A stretch of 64,000 nucleotides of DNA from Candidatus Eiseniibacteriota bacterium. GTDB taxonomy: Bacteria; Eisenbacteria; RBG-16-71-46; CAIMUX01; VGJL01. This document shows positions 1 to 8,879 of this stretch, piece after piece (position 1 is the stretch's first letter; each line of letters opens with the position of its first letter). Both the position numbers and the translations under genes were made by a program. The notes beneath the pieces are model-generated. The model was not told where the DNA came from and searched no databases. It saw nothing but the letters and a program-made list of their open reading frames with translations. The DNA is taken from the NCBI GenBank assembly GCA_963792585.1, contig CAWBWI010000001.1, forward strand, positions 1,472,001-1,536,000, given 5' to 3'.

Positions 1-269
1 TTGCGGAAGACCTCGACCAGGATCGCCAGGCCGACCGCCGCCTCGACCGCCGCCACCGCGATGACGAAAAAGACGATCGCGTGGGCGTCCATCTTCGTCC
101 ACGCGCGTGCGAATGCGGCGAAGGCGAGGTTGACGGCGTTCAACTGGAGCTCGATTGCCATGAAGACGATCAGCGCGTTCTTCCTCGACAGCACCCCCAG
201 GGTCCCGATGAAGAAGAGGACCACCGCGAGTCCGACGTAGTGCATGGGCGTGATGGTGCCCATCGTCAT
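1..269 (-). CDS. nuoK: NADH-quinone oxidoreductase subunit K (3' end outside window)
   Basis: Hand translation MTMGTITPMHYVGLAVVLFFIGTLGVLSRKNALIVFMAIELQLNAVNLAF...AVAAVEAAVGLAILVEVFR matches NuoK motifs; ATGA overlap with nuoJ stop. Confidence 0.93.
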   Translation of the reverse strand, partial: MTMGTITPMHYVGLAVVLFFIGTLGVLSRKNALIVFMAIELQLNAVNLAFAAFARAWTKMDAHAIVFFVIAVAAVEAAVGLAILVEVFR

Positions 270-761
270 TCCCCCCTCTTCGCCAGGGCGACGGCGCCCA
301 AGATGCCCACCAGCAGGATCAACCCGACGATTTCGAACGGGAAGAGCATCCGCGTGAAGAGGATCTGCGAAACCGCCGCGGCGGTGCCGAACTCCGGCGG
401 CGCCGGCGGATTCGAGCATCCGGATCCCGCCGATCGCTCGCAGCGTGAGGCCGCAGGCGACGGCACAGAGGACGGCCGAGAGCGCGAACTTCCGCGGAGC
501 GAGCCGCATCTCCTCCAGATCCGCCGGCCCCAGGTTCAAGAGCATGATGACGAAGATGATCAACACGATCACGGCCCCCGCGTAGACGAGGATCTGGAGG
601 ATGAAGAGCAGATGCGCGGAGAGCATCGCGAAGAGCCCGGCCACGGCGAAGAGCGTGACGGCAAGCGCGAGCGCGCTGGATATCGGGTTGCGGCGCGTGA
701 TCGCCGTCAATGCCGAGGCGACGGCGACAGCCGCGAAGACCCAGAAGAGAACCGCTTCCAT
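266..761 (-). CDS. nuoJ: NADH-quinone oxidoreductase subunit J (one frameshift near 400-420)
   Basis: N-terminus MEAVLFWVFAAVAVASALTAITRRNPISSAL...QILVYAGAVIVLIIFVIMLL from ATG 761; C-terminus FPFEIVGLILLVGILGAVALAK is in another frame; span 496 nt is not a multiple of 3. Confidence 0.88.
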
Positions 762-777
762 CCTTCTCCCGCCTCGA

Positions 778-1383
778 TCACCACGAGGCCGGCACCGGCG
801 GCTTCTCGTGCGGCCGGTACGCCTCGGGCGTCTCTTCGGGCGTGTCCGGAGGGTTTTCCGGCTCGCCCTTGATCGTCTCACCCGCCGCGGCGGCGCGATC
901 CACCTGCGGCACCCCTTTGCCCCTGAGCAGGAAGTCCATGTGGAAGACGAAGTCGTCCCTGCGATCGCTCACGATCGAGATCTCGCCGGTGTCCATCCGG
1001 ATCGCGTCCTCCGGACATGCCTCCACGCAGAATCCGCAGAAGACGCAGCGAAGCATGTCGATGTCGAAGACCGCGGGGCGCTTCTCGATCGTCGGCTCGG
1101 GCGACTCCTCCGCGACGATGTTGATGCAGCGCGCGGGGCACGCCGTCTGGCACATGAAGCAGGCCACGCACTTCGGAGAGCCGTCCTCGCGCAGGGTGAG
1201 CCGGTGCCGCCCTTTGATCCGGACGGGGAGCGACTTCAACTCCTCCGGCCACTGGATCGTGGGCATCTCTCCCTGGTGGAAGATGTTCGTGACCATGTGA
1301 CGGATCGTCACCCCCATCCCGCGCAGCACCTCGAAGATGTAGATCCTCTCGTGCCAACGCATGCGGGGCGCCGGGATCTTCAT
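778..1383 (-). CDS. nuoI: NADH-quinone oxidoreductase subunit I
   Basis: Two 4Fe-4S motifs CVACFMCQTACP and CVFCGFCVEACP; operon position. Confidence 0.95.
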   Translation of the reverse strand: MKIPAPRMRWHERIYIFEVLRGMGVTIRHMVTNIFHQGEMPTIQWPEELKSLPVRIKGRHRLTLREDGSPKCVACFMCQTACPARCINIVAEESPEPTIEKRPAVFDIDMLRCVFCGFCVEACPEDAIRMDTGEISIVSDRRDDFVFHMDFLLRGKGVPQVDRAAAAGETIKGEPENPPDTPEETPEAYRPHEKPPVPASW

Positions 1384-1385
1384 TT

Positions 1386-2663
1386 CTATCTCCCCAACCA
1401 GCGCAGCGCGATCGCGGTGGCCGCGATGTTCGCGAGCGCCAGAGGCAGCAGGCTCTTCCAGCCGAGACTCATCAGCTGGTCGTATCGGAAGCGGGGCAAT
1501 GTCCAGCGGACCCAAATGAAGCAGAAGGAGAAGAAGACGACCTTCCCCAGGAAAATGCCGAGTTGCGCGACGCGCGCGAAGATCGCCGCCGCGGTCGGAC
1601 CCATGGGCACGACGATCGCCGCGGCGCCGACCGCGATCGCCAGAACCGCGATGACGAAGAGGATCGCGGCCCAGAAGTCGCCCTCCCTCCGGCGGGAGTC
1701 GGTGTAGAGCCGCTTGAGCGATTTCGACCACCGCAGCGACACGAGCGCCAGCGCGGTCGTCAGAACGGCGACGGAGCCGCAGGTGACCAGAAGAACGGGG
1801 CGCGCGTGTTGTTCGAGCGCCGGGGTCGGAAGCCACGGGATCTGCCAGCCGCCGAAGAATAGGGTCGTCAGAACGCCGGAAGCCACGACGACGTTCACGT
1901 ACTCCGCCATGAAGAAGAGGGCGAACTTGAGGCTCGAGTACTCGACGTGGTATCCGACGATCTCGCTCTCCCCTTCGGGCAGGTCGAACGGCGTGCGGTT
2001 GACCTCCGCGACGGCCGCGATCATGAAGACCACCGCGGCGACCGGCTGCACGACAATCCCCCACTTCGGGAGGAATCCGAACAGGAGCGTGCCCTGCTGC
2101 TGCACGATCGTGTTCAGATCGAGTGTGCCGAAGATCATCAGGATGCCGATGACCGACATCCCCAGCGCCAGTTCGTAGCTGACGATCTGCGCGGTGGAGC
2201 GCATCCCGCCGAGCATCGCATAGCGGTTGTTCGAGCCCCATCCCGCGAAGATGACGGCGAGCACGCCGAGCGAGGAGATGGCGAAGATCCAGAGGAGGCC
2301 GGCATCGATCTTGACCGCCTGCCAGTGGAGGGTGGTCGATCCGACCCTGAGGTCGTCCGCCACCGGAATCACCGCGAATGTCGTCAGGGCGACCATCATC
2401 GCCATGACCGGGGCCAGGTTGAAGTAGAAACGGTTGGCCTGGGTCGGGGTCGTGTCCTCCTTGAAGACGAGCTTCACGACGTCGGCGAGCGTGTGGACCA
2501 CCCCGCCCAAACGGATCCCACCGATCGCCGCGCGATTCGGCCCAGTCCGGTCCTGCATGAAGGCGGATACCTTGCGCTCGAACCAAACGAGAACCGGGAT
2601 CATCGTGAGCTGGAAGAGCCAGACGAGGACCGCGGTCCCTGCGTTCGCGATGAAGCCGCCCAT
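1386..2663 (-). CDS. nuoH: NADH-quinone oxidoreductase subunit H (with hydrophobic insertion)
   Basis: ERKVSAFMQDRTGPNR, NRTPFDLPEGESE and RWTLPRFRYDQLM motifs. Confidence 0.96.
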   Translation of the reverse strand: MGGFIANAGTAVLVWLFQLTMIPVLVWFERKVSAFMQDRTGPNRAAIGGIRLGGVVHTLADVVKLVFKEDTTPTQANRFYFNLAPVMAMMVALTTFAVIPVADDLRVGSTTLHWQAVKIDAGLLWIFAISSLGVLAVIFAGWGSNNRYAMLGGMRSTAQIVSYELALGMSVIGILMIFGTLDLNTIVQQQGTLLFGFLPKWGIVVQPVAAVVFMIAAVAEVNRTPFDLPEGESEIVGYHVEYSSLKFALFFMAEYVNVVVASGVLTTLFFGGWQIPWLPTPALEQHARPVLLVTCGSVAVLTTALALVSLRWSKSLKRLYTDSRRREGDFWAAILFVIAVLAIAVGAAAIVVPMGPTAAAIFARVAQLGIFLGKVVFFSFCFIWVRWTLPRFRYDQLMSLGWKSLLPLALANIAATAIALRWLGR

Positions 2664-2665
2664 GC

Positions 2666-4240
2666 CTATCCCTTCGTGCCGGCCGTGCCGGCCGTCCCGG
2701 CCGACCCCGCGGAGCGCGCCCCCACCCCCTGGTCGCCGAGCGTCTGGGGACTCATCCCCGCGAACTCCGGGATCTCGGCGGCCATCTCCTTCCAGATCTG
2801 GTTCAGATTCACCCAGCCGAATTCCTTGCCGAGCCCCGCCGCGATCCTCTTGCACAACTCCATGACGGCGAGGGCGTCGCCGTGCGGGCTCATCGCCTTG
2901 CGGAAGCGCTGGACCCTCCCCTCGAAGTTCGTGAAGGTCCCGTCGGTCTCGGAGTGCGGCGCGACCGGGAGGACGATCTTCGCCGCCGCGGTCGTGGCCC
3001 CCACGTTGGTGGCGAGGACGATCACGGTCCGGAACTTGTCCAGGAGGCCCGCGACGGTCTGGTCGCACTCCACCAAGTCGTTCTGGACCACGATGGCAAG
3101 ATCCCCGCCCTTCGCGAGTTCCGCCCGCGGGTCGGCCGTCCAGAGCCCCAGGATCTCGCACCCTCTGCGGTTCGGGTGCGCCTCGGGGCGGCGCAGGATC
3201 GCGTCCTCGACCGCGGGCGGCTCCAGGCTCCCGGCGACGACGCGCCTTGCGCCGAGTACGTCGGCAGCGAAGCGCTTCATGGCATAGAGCGACTCGTTCG
3301 ACATCTCGGGAGACAGGACGACCGCGATCGCCGACGGATCGGCGCAGGCGGCGAGAGCGGCCACGGTCGCACCGAGGGCCTCCGAGTGGGTCGTCTCCCG
3401 GCCGTCGAGCAGGGGCGCTTCACAGCGATCGTCGTTGAGCTTCTTGTACGAGACCCTGCCGTCGTCGCACATCCACCACTTGTTCACGTCCGGGTTTTCG
3501 CGGGGACGGTAGCGATGGACCGCTCCCTCGTTGTGCTCCAGGTAGATGTTGCAGCCCCGGCTGCAGCCGGTGCAGATGGAGTTGGCCGTCGAGAGGAACC
3601 AGACACGGCACTTGAAGCGGAAGTCGACGCTGGTCAGCGCTCCCACCGGGCAGATATCCACGGTGTTGATGCTGTAGGGGTTGTCGAGGGGGCGGTCCGG
3701 GTGGACGGCGATCTCGCTGTGGTTGCCCCGGTTGACGATCCTCAGTTCCCCGGTCTTCGGCACCTGGTCACAGAACCGCACGCAGCGCGCGCAGAGGACG
3801 CATCGCTCCGCGTCGAGCACGACGCGCGGACCGATCTCGGCGACCTTCCGCTTGTGGACCTTCGGCAGATCGAGCCGACTCTCGTACTGACCGTGGCGCT
3901 GGTAGAAGTCCTGCAACAGACATTCGCCGGACTGGTCGCAGATCGGGCAATCGAGCGGGTGGTTCAGGAAGAAGAATTCGAGCACGGCCCGCCGCAACTC
4001 GTGCACGCGGTCGGTGTTCGTCTTGATCTTCAGCCCGTCCTTGGCGAAGGTGTTGCAGGCGATCTGCGGTTTCGGCACGCCGTCGATCTCGATGAGACAG
4101 AGACGGCAATTGCCGTCGACCCCGAGACCCGGGTGGTAGCAGAAGTGCGGGATCTCGATCCCGGCAAGCTTCGCCGCCTGGATCATGTTGAACCCGTCGG
4201 GAACCTCGATCTCGTGATCGTCGATGAAGACCTTCGCCAT
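2666..4240 (-). CDS. nuoG: NADH-quinone oxidoreductase subunit G (short form, 524 aa)
   Basis: IPHFCYHP..GNCRLC, NHPLDCPICDQSGEC, CVLCARCVRFC, CTGCSRGC Fe-S motifs; GTFTNFEGRVQ. Confidence 0.93.
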   Translation of the reverse strand: MAKVFIDDHEIEVPDGFNMIQAAKLAGIEIPHFCYHPGLGVDGNCRLCLIEIDGVPKPQIACNTFAKDGLKIKTNTDRVHELRRAVLEFFFLNHPLDCPICDQSGECLLQDFYQRHGQYESRLDLPKVHKRKVAEIGPRVVLDAERCVLCARCVRFCDQVPKTGELRIVNRGNHSEIAVHPDRPLDNPYSINTVDICPVGALTSVDFRFKCRVWFLSTANSICTGCSRGCNIYLEHNEGAVHRYRPRENPDVNKWWMCDDGRVSYKKLNDDRCEAPLLDGRETTHSEALGATVAALAACADPSAIAVVLSPEMSNESLYAMKRFAADVLGARRVVAGSLEPPAVEDAILRRPEAHPNRRGCEILGLWTADPRAELAKGGDLAIVVQNDLVECDQTVAGLLDKFRTVIVLATNVGATTAAAKIVLPVAPHSETDGTFTNFEGRVQRFRKAMSPHGDALAVMELCKRIAAGLGKEFGWVNLNQIWKEMAAEIPEFAGMSPQTLGDQGVGARSAGSAGTAGTAGTKG

Positions 4241-4245
4241 CGCCT

Positions 4246-5535
4246 CTATCCCCGCGCCGCATGCGCGTGCCGGATCGGGCAGCGCCCCGCGCCCACGTGC
4301 ATCTCGAACTCGTGGCGGAACTTCGTGACAAAGCTCGCCGCCGGCATCGCGGCCGCGTCGGAGAGCACGCAAATCGTCGTGCCGATCATGTTGCGGGTGA
4401 TCGAGAGGATCTTGTCCATGTCGCCCTGCGAACCGCCCCCGCGCTCGAGACGCGTGACGAGTTCGCGCAGCCATCCCGTACCCTCCCGGCAGGGCGTGCA
4501 CTGGCCGCACGACTCGTGGGCATAGAACTTCTCGAGGACCGCGAGCGCCCAGACCATGCAGGTGTCCTCGTCGATCACGATCATGCCGCCGCTTCCCAGC
4601 ATCGTTCCGGCCGCGGCCAGCGCCTCGTAGTCGAGATTGACAGCTTCGGCCTCCTCGCCGGTCAGGACAGGCACGGAGGAGCCGCCCACGATGTTCGCCT
4701 TCATCTTCTTGCCGTCCCGGATGCCGCCGCAGAGTTCGTAGACCAACGTCTTGAGGGGCAGGCCGAGCGGGATCTCGTAGACCCCCGGCCGTACGACCGG
4801 ACCGGAGACGCTGAATAGCTTCGTCCCGGGGCTCTTCTCGGTGCCGTACTTCCTGTAGGCGTCGGCCCCGTTCGTGATGATCCAGGGGACCGCGCAGAGC
4901 GTCTCGACATTGTTGACCACGGTCGGCCCGCCGAAGACGCCGACGACGGCCGGGAAGGGCGGCTTGATCCGCGGTTGTCCCTTCTTGCCCTCGAGCGACT
5001 CGATGAGGCCGGTTTCCTCGCCGCAGATGTAGGCCCCCGCGCCACGGTGGACCGTCACGTCCAGGTCGAACCCGCCGCCCAGGATGCCCTTGCCGAGATA
5101 GCCCTTCGCATACGCCTCCGCGACGGCGGTCTCGACGCGGTGATACGGTAGCCCGAACTCGCCGCGCACGTAGATGTATGCGTCGTGGATTCCGACCGCG
5201 CGGGAGGCGATCACGATCCCCTCGATCAGCGCGTGCGGATCCTTCTCTAGCAGGTATCGGTCCTTGAACGTCCCCGGCTCGCTCTCGTCGGCGTTGACGC
5301 ACAGGTACTTGGGGAGCTTCGCTTCCTTCGGGACGAAACTCCACTTCAACCCCGTGGGGAATCCCGCGCCGCCGCGGCCCCGCAGGCCCGACTTCTTCAC
5401 CTCCTCGGTGATCGCCTCGGGCTCCATGGCGAAGGCCTTGCGCAGCGCCGCATAGCCTCCCGCCTTCTCGTACGCGGCGAGACTCCACGACTCGGCGTTG
5501 CCGAAGCGGGCCGTGAGCAGCTTCACCTCGCTCAT
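4246..5535 (-). CDS. nuoF: NADH-quinone oxidoreductase subunit F
   Basis: GLRGRGGAGFPTG, NADESEPGTFKDR, GAGAYICGEET, ESCGQCTPCREG. Confidence 0.97.
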   Translation of the reverse strand: MSEVKLLTARFGNAESWSLAAYEKAGGYAALRKAFAMEPEAITEEVKKSGLRGRGGAGFPTGLKWSFVPKEAKLPKYLCVNADESEPGTFKDRYLLEKDPHALIEGIVIASRAVGIHDAYIYVRGEFGLPYHRVETAVAEAYAKGYLGKGILGGGFDLDVTVHRGAGAYICGEETGLIESLEGKKGQPRIKPPFPAVVGVFGGPTVVNNVETLCAVPWIITNGADAYRKYGTEKSPGTKLFSVSGPVVRPGVYEIPLGLPLKTLVYELCGGIRDGKKMKANIVGGSSVPVLTGEEAEAVNLDYEALAAAGTMLGSGGMIVIDEDTCMVWALAVLEKFYAHESCGQCTPCREGTGWLRELVTRLERGGGSQGDMDKILSITRNMIGTTICVLSDAAAMPAASFVTKFRHEFEMHVGAGRCPIRHAHAARG

Positions 5536-6095
5536 CGCTTCCCCTCGCTCCGGAGCCGCCCCAGCAAGTCATCGAGCCCCTTCTCATCAAGGGGTCCAAT
5601 GAAGTCTTCGTTGACCTGCACCATCGGGGCCATCTCGCAGGCCGCGAGGCACTCGACCTCGCTCAGCGTGAAGAGCCCATCGGGTGTGCTCTCGCCCAGT
5701 TCGATCCCGAGTCGCGTGCGGAGGCACTCGAGCAGATGCTCCGCCCCCATCAATTGGCAGGAAAGGTTCGTGCAGAGTTGCAGGTTGTACCTGCCCACCG
5801 GCGCTCGGTTGAACATCGTGTAGAAGCTCACGACCGAGTAGACATGGGAGAGGGGAACCTCGCAACGCGACGCGACGACCTCGACCGCCTCTTCCGGAAT
5901 CCAGCCGTACTTGCCCTGGATCATCCAGAGGAGCGGAAGGCAGGCGGCCATCCTGGTCGGATAGCGCGTGAAGAGCCACTCGATCCGCTTCTCCTCCTCA
6001 CCGGAGAAGACGACGGGAGCGCCTTGCTTGCGCATCGGACAGGGATCCCGCAACAGCGGATTGTGGGCGGGATCGGGTTTTTCGAACGGCTGCAT
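5532..6095 (-). CDS. nuoE: NADH-quinone oxidoreductase subunit E
   Basis: SFYTMF, CTNLSC and ECLAAC 2Fe-2S motifs. Confidence 0.95.
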   Translation of the reverse strand: MQPFEKPDPAHNPLLRDPCPMRKQGAPVVFSGEEEKRIEWLFTRYPTRMAACLPLLWMIQGKYGWIPEEAVEVVASRCEVPLSHVYSVVSFYTMFNRAPVGRYNLQLCTNLSCQLMGAEHLLECLRTRLGIELGESTPDGLFTLSEVECLAACEMAPMVQVNEDFIGPLDEKGLDDLLGRLRSEGKR

Positions 6096-6105
6096 CCGTG
6101 CTCTC

Positions 6106-7830
6106 CTAGCGGTCCAGCTCGCCGGCGATGATGTTCAGGCTTCCAAGGATCGCGATCGCGTCGGCGATCATCCCTCCCTCGCACAGCCGAGGAAATGCGC
6201 TGTAGATGTGGAAGCAGGGGGCCCGGCAGCGACACTTGTACGGCTTCATCTCCTTGTCGCTAACGATGTAGAAGCCCAGCTCGCCGTTGGCCGCCTCGGT
6301 CCCCACGTAGGCGTCCCCCGCGGGAACATTGACGCCGTGCATGATGATCTTGAAGTGATTGACCAGCCCCTCGATCGAGCCGTACGTGTGCGGCTTGTCG
6401 GGGATGATCACCGCAGGGTGCTTCACGTTGACCGGCCCCTCCGGCATCCGCTCGAGGGCCTGTTCGATGATCCGGCAGCTCTGGTTGATCTCCTCGAAGC
6501 GGACCATGATCCGATCGTAGGTGTCGCCCTGGTGCCCGCTCGGGATCTCGAAGTCGAACGTGTCGTAGAAATCGTATGGATACTCCTTGCGGAGGTCGTA
6601 CTCGTAGCCGGTCGCCCGCAGAACGGGCCCGGTGAAGCCGTAGCTCAGCGCCTCCTCCGTGGAGATCACTCCCACGCCGACGGTGCGATCCAGGAAGATC
6701 CGGTTACGGGCAACGAGCTTCAATGTGTCGCTGACCGCCTTGGGCACTTCTTTCAGGACCGACCGCACCGCGTCGGCGAAGTCGGGGGTCGCGTCTGCCC
6801 AGAGGCCCCCGACGCGCGTGTAGGAGGTGGTCAGCCGCGCGCCCGTGAGGCTTTCGATCACGTTGTAGATCTTCTCGCGCAGGTTGAAGAGGTACCAGAA
6901 GTTCGTCAGCGCGCCGAGGTCGAGCAGGTTCGCGCCGTTGCAGACAAGGTGGTCCATGATCCGCGACAGCTCGGTGATGATCACGCGGATGAATTTGCAG
7001 CGGTCCGTCACCTCGATCCCGCAGAGCGCCTCGACGGCCCGGACGTAGGCGACGTTGTTGATCAGGCACGAGCAGTAGTTCAGTCGGTCCGTGTACGGGA
7101 TCACCTGATTGTACTCGTGGGTCTCGGCCGACTTCTCGAAACCGCGGTGCAGGTAGCCGATTTCGGGGACGCAGTAGAGGATGGTCTCCCCCTCGAGTTC
7201 GACCAGGTTGCGCAGCGTCCCGTGCGTGGCCGGATGACTCGGCCCCATGTTCAGAACCATCGACTCGCGCTCGCCCGCGCCCGGCTTCGGGTCGAGGCGA
7301 TGGCGGATCTCCAGCTCGTCGATCAGGTCGTCCGCCTCCGAGAGCCATTGCCCCTTGTAGATGTCGTAGTCCTTGCGCAGGGGGTGACCGACGAACTCCA
7401 TGTGATTCAGGATCCGCTTGAGGTTCGGGTGTCCCGTGAAGCGCACTCCGTACTGATCCCATGCCTCCCGCTCGAGCCAGTTCGCATTGGCGAAGAGGCC
7501 GGTCGCCGTGTCGATCCGGCAATCCTCCTCGGGCACCGCGCATTTGATGGTCAATCGATCCCGGCGCTGCAGCGCGTGGAGCAGGTAGACGACATCGAAG
7601 CGGTCGCCGTCGCGCAGTCCCATGGCGTCGACGACCGTCAGGTCGGTCAGCATCGAGAACCGATAGGAGGACTCATCACGCAGGAAGCGCAACGCGTCGA
7701 CGATCGCACCGCGATCGAGACGGTAAGTGACGGGGATCCCCACCACCGACTCGCGTCCCAGGATCGCCGCACCGAACCGCTCTTCGAATGCGGAGTAGTC
7801 GGTCCGGCCCTGCGCCGTGCGTACCGCCAT
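6106..7830 (-). CDS. nuoCD: Fused NADH-quinone oxidoreductase subunit C/D
   Basis: NuoC part (WLEREAWDQYGVRFTGHP..GHPLRKDY) fused to NuoD part (NMGPSHPATHG, GYLHRGFEK, C-terminal GELDR). Confidence 0.96.
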   Translation of the reverse strand: MAVRTAQGRTDYSAFEERFGAAILGRESVVGIPVTYRLDRGAIVDALRFLRDESSYRFSMLTDLTVVDAMGLRDGDRFDVVYLLHALQRRDRLTIKCAVPEEDCRIDTATGLFANANWLEREAWDQYGVRFTGHPNLKRILNHMEFVGHPLRKDYDIYKGQWLSEADDLIDELEIRHRLDPKPGAGERESMVLNMGPSHPATHGTLRNLVELEGETILYCVPEIGYLHRGFEKSAETHEYNQVIPYTDRLNYCSCLINNVAYVRAVEALCGIEVTDRCKFIRVIITELSRIMDHLVCNGANLLDLGALTNFWYLFNLREKIYNVIESLTGARLTTSYTRVGGLWADATPDFADAVRSVLKEVPKAVSDTLKLVARNRIFLDRTVGVGVISTEEALSYGFTGPVLRATGYEYDLRKEYPYDFYDTFDFEIPSGHQGDTYDRIMVRFEEINQSCRIIEQALERMPEGPVNVKHPAVIIPDKPHTYGSIEGLVNHFKIIMHGVNVPAGDAYVGTEAANGELGFYIVSDKEMKPYKCRCRAPCFHIYSAFPRLCEGGMIADAIAILGSLNIIAGELDR

Positions 7831-7840
7831 CGCTCCTCCT

Positions 7841-8374
7841 CTAGCTCGACGCCGGGTTGGCCGCGATCCGCTTCTGCAGCTCGATCAGAGCCTGGAACAC
7901 CGCTTCGGGTCGAGGGGGGCATCCGGCGATGTAGTAATCGACCGGCACCACCTTGTCGATGCCCTGCAGCGTGCAGTAGTTGTCGTAGAAACCACCCGAG
8001 CTCGCGCAGACACCCATCGCGACGACCCACTTCGGCTCGCACATCTGGTCGTAGATCCGGCGGAGGATGGGCGCCTGCTTGTAGGTGACCGTCCCGGCGA
8101 CCAGGAGCAGGTCCGCCTGGCGCGGGGAGAAGCGGAGCAGCTCCGAGCCGAAGCGAGAGATGTCGAACACCGAGGAGACCGTGCCCATGAACTCGATCGC
8201 GCAGCAGGCGGTGCCGAACGGCATCGGCCATAGGGAGTTCTTCCGACCCCAGTTGATCACCGCGTCGAGACGGGTCACCACGACCGCTTCACCGAGATCC
8301 GCATGTCGGGATGCGCCGGCTGGCAGCGGGTGCGCATCCGGCTTCGTCTTCGCGGCCGGGTCGGTCAGTCCCAT
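7841..8374 (-). CDS. nuoB: NADH-quinone oxidoreductase subunit B
   Basis: GTACCAIE, SPRQADLL, GCPPRPEA motifs; start chosen at the ATG overlapping the end of nuoA. Confidence 0.95.
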   Translation of the reverse strand: MGLTDPAAKTKPDAHPLPAGASRHADLGEAVVVTRLDAVINWGRKNSLWPMPFGTACCAIEFMGTVSSVFDISRFGSELLRFSPRQADLLLVAGTVTYKQAPILRRIYDQMCEPKWVVAMGVCASSGGFYDNYCTLQGIDKVVPVDYYIAGCPPRPEAVFQALIELQKRIAANPASS

Positions 8375-8718
8375 TCCATCGCTCCCTTTCGCCATTCATA
8401 GGCGAGGCCCAGAACCAGGATCGCGAAGAAGATCGCCATGCCCACGTCGGCGGCAACGGGCAGATGGCGCCGCGAGACCGCCCATGGGAATAGGAAGACC
8501 GCCTCGACATCGAACAGCAGAAAGAGCATCGCAACCAGGTAGAACTTGACCGGCATCCGGTCGCGGGCGAGCCGCTTCGGCAGGATCCCGGTCTCGTAGG
8601 TCGTCGTCTTCTCTGCGGTCGGCTTCTTCGGGCCCAGACGGACTGTGAGGAAGAGAAACACCACCGGGATCAGTAGTGCCAGCGCCAGCGCGACGACGAT
8701 CGGCGCGTAGGAACTCAT
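8365..8718 (-). CDS. nuoA: NADH-quinone oxidoreductase subunit A
   Basis: YETG..KFYLVAMLFLLFDVEAVFLFPW..YEWRKGAMEW; SD GAGGAGG. Confidence 0.96.
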   Translation of the reverse strand: MSSYAPIVVALALALLIPVVFLFLTVRLGPKKPTAEKTTTYETGILPKRLARDRMPVKFYLVAMLFLLFDVEAVFLFPWAVSRRHLPVAADVGMAIFFAILVLGLAYEWRKGAMEWD

Positions 8719-8879
8719 CCCGTGTTCCTCCTCGGACCGGTTCTCAGGGTTCTCGTTTAAGCCGACATCAGGACCGCGGCCTCGGTCCCATCCATGGGCT
8801 CATGCCAAGAGATTGCTTTCTCTTGCACAAGGCATAACGCGACAAGCTAGCATAGCTCCGGGGTGGTGACAAGAACCCC

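Noticed and set aside
1..761. Apparent NuoJ-NuoK fusion (ATG 761 reads in frame into nuoK)
   Set aside because: The conserved NuoJ C-terminus and an ATGA stop/start overlap sit intact in another frame; a single-base indel, probably a sequencing error, explains it.
778..5599. Long ORF-track proteins (602, 591, 977 aa) suggesting extended NuoI, NuoH and NuoG
   Set aside because: The extensions are stop-free alternative frames over upstream genes, typical of high-GC DNA; real starts lie downstream.
5968..8088. Long antisense ORFs such as the 706-aa plus-strand ORF, and many similar
   Set aside because: Shadow frames opposite well-supported genes, with no recognisable motifs.
8790..8810. TTGGCATG upstream of nuoA as a sigma-54 promoter
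   Set aside because: No GC at the -12 position with the required spacing.
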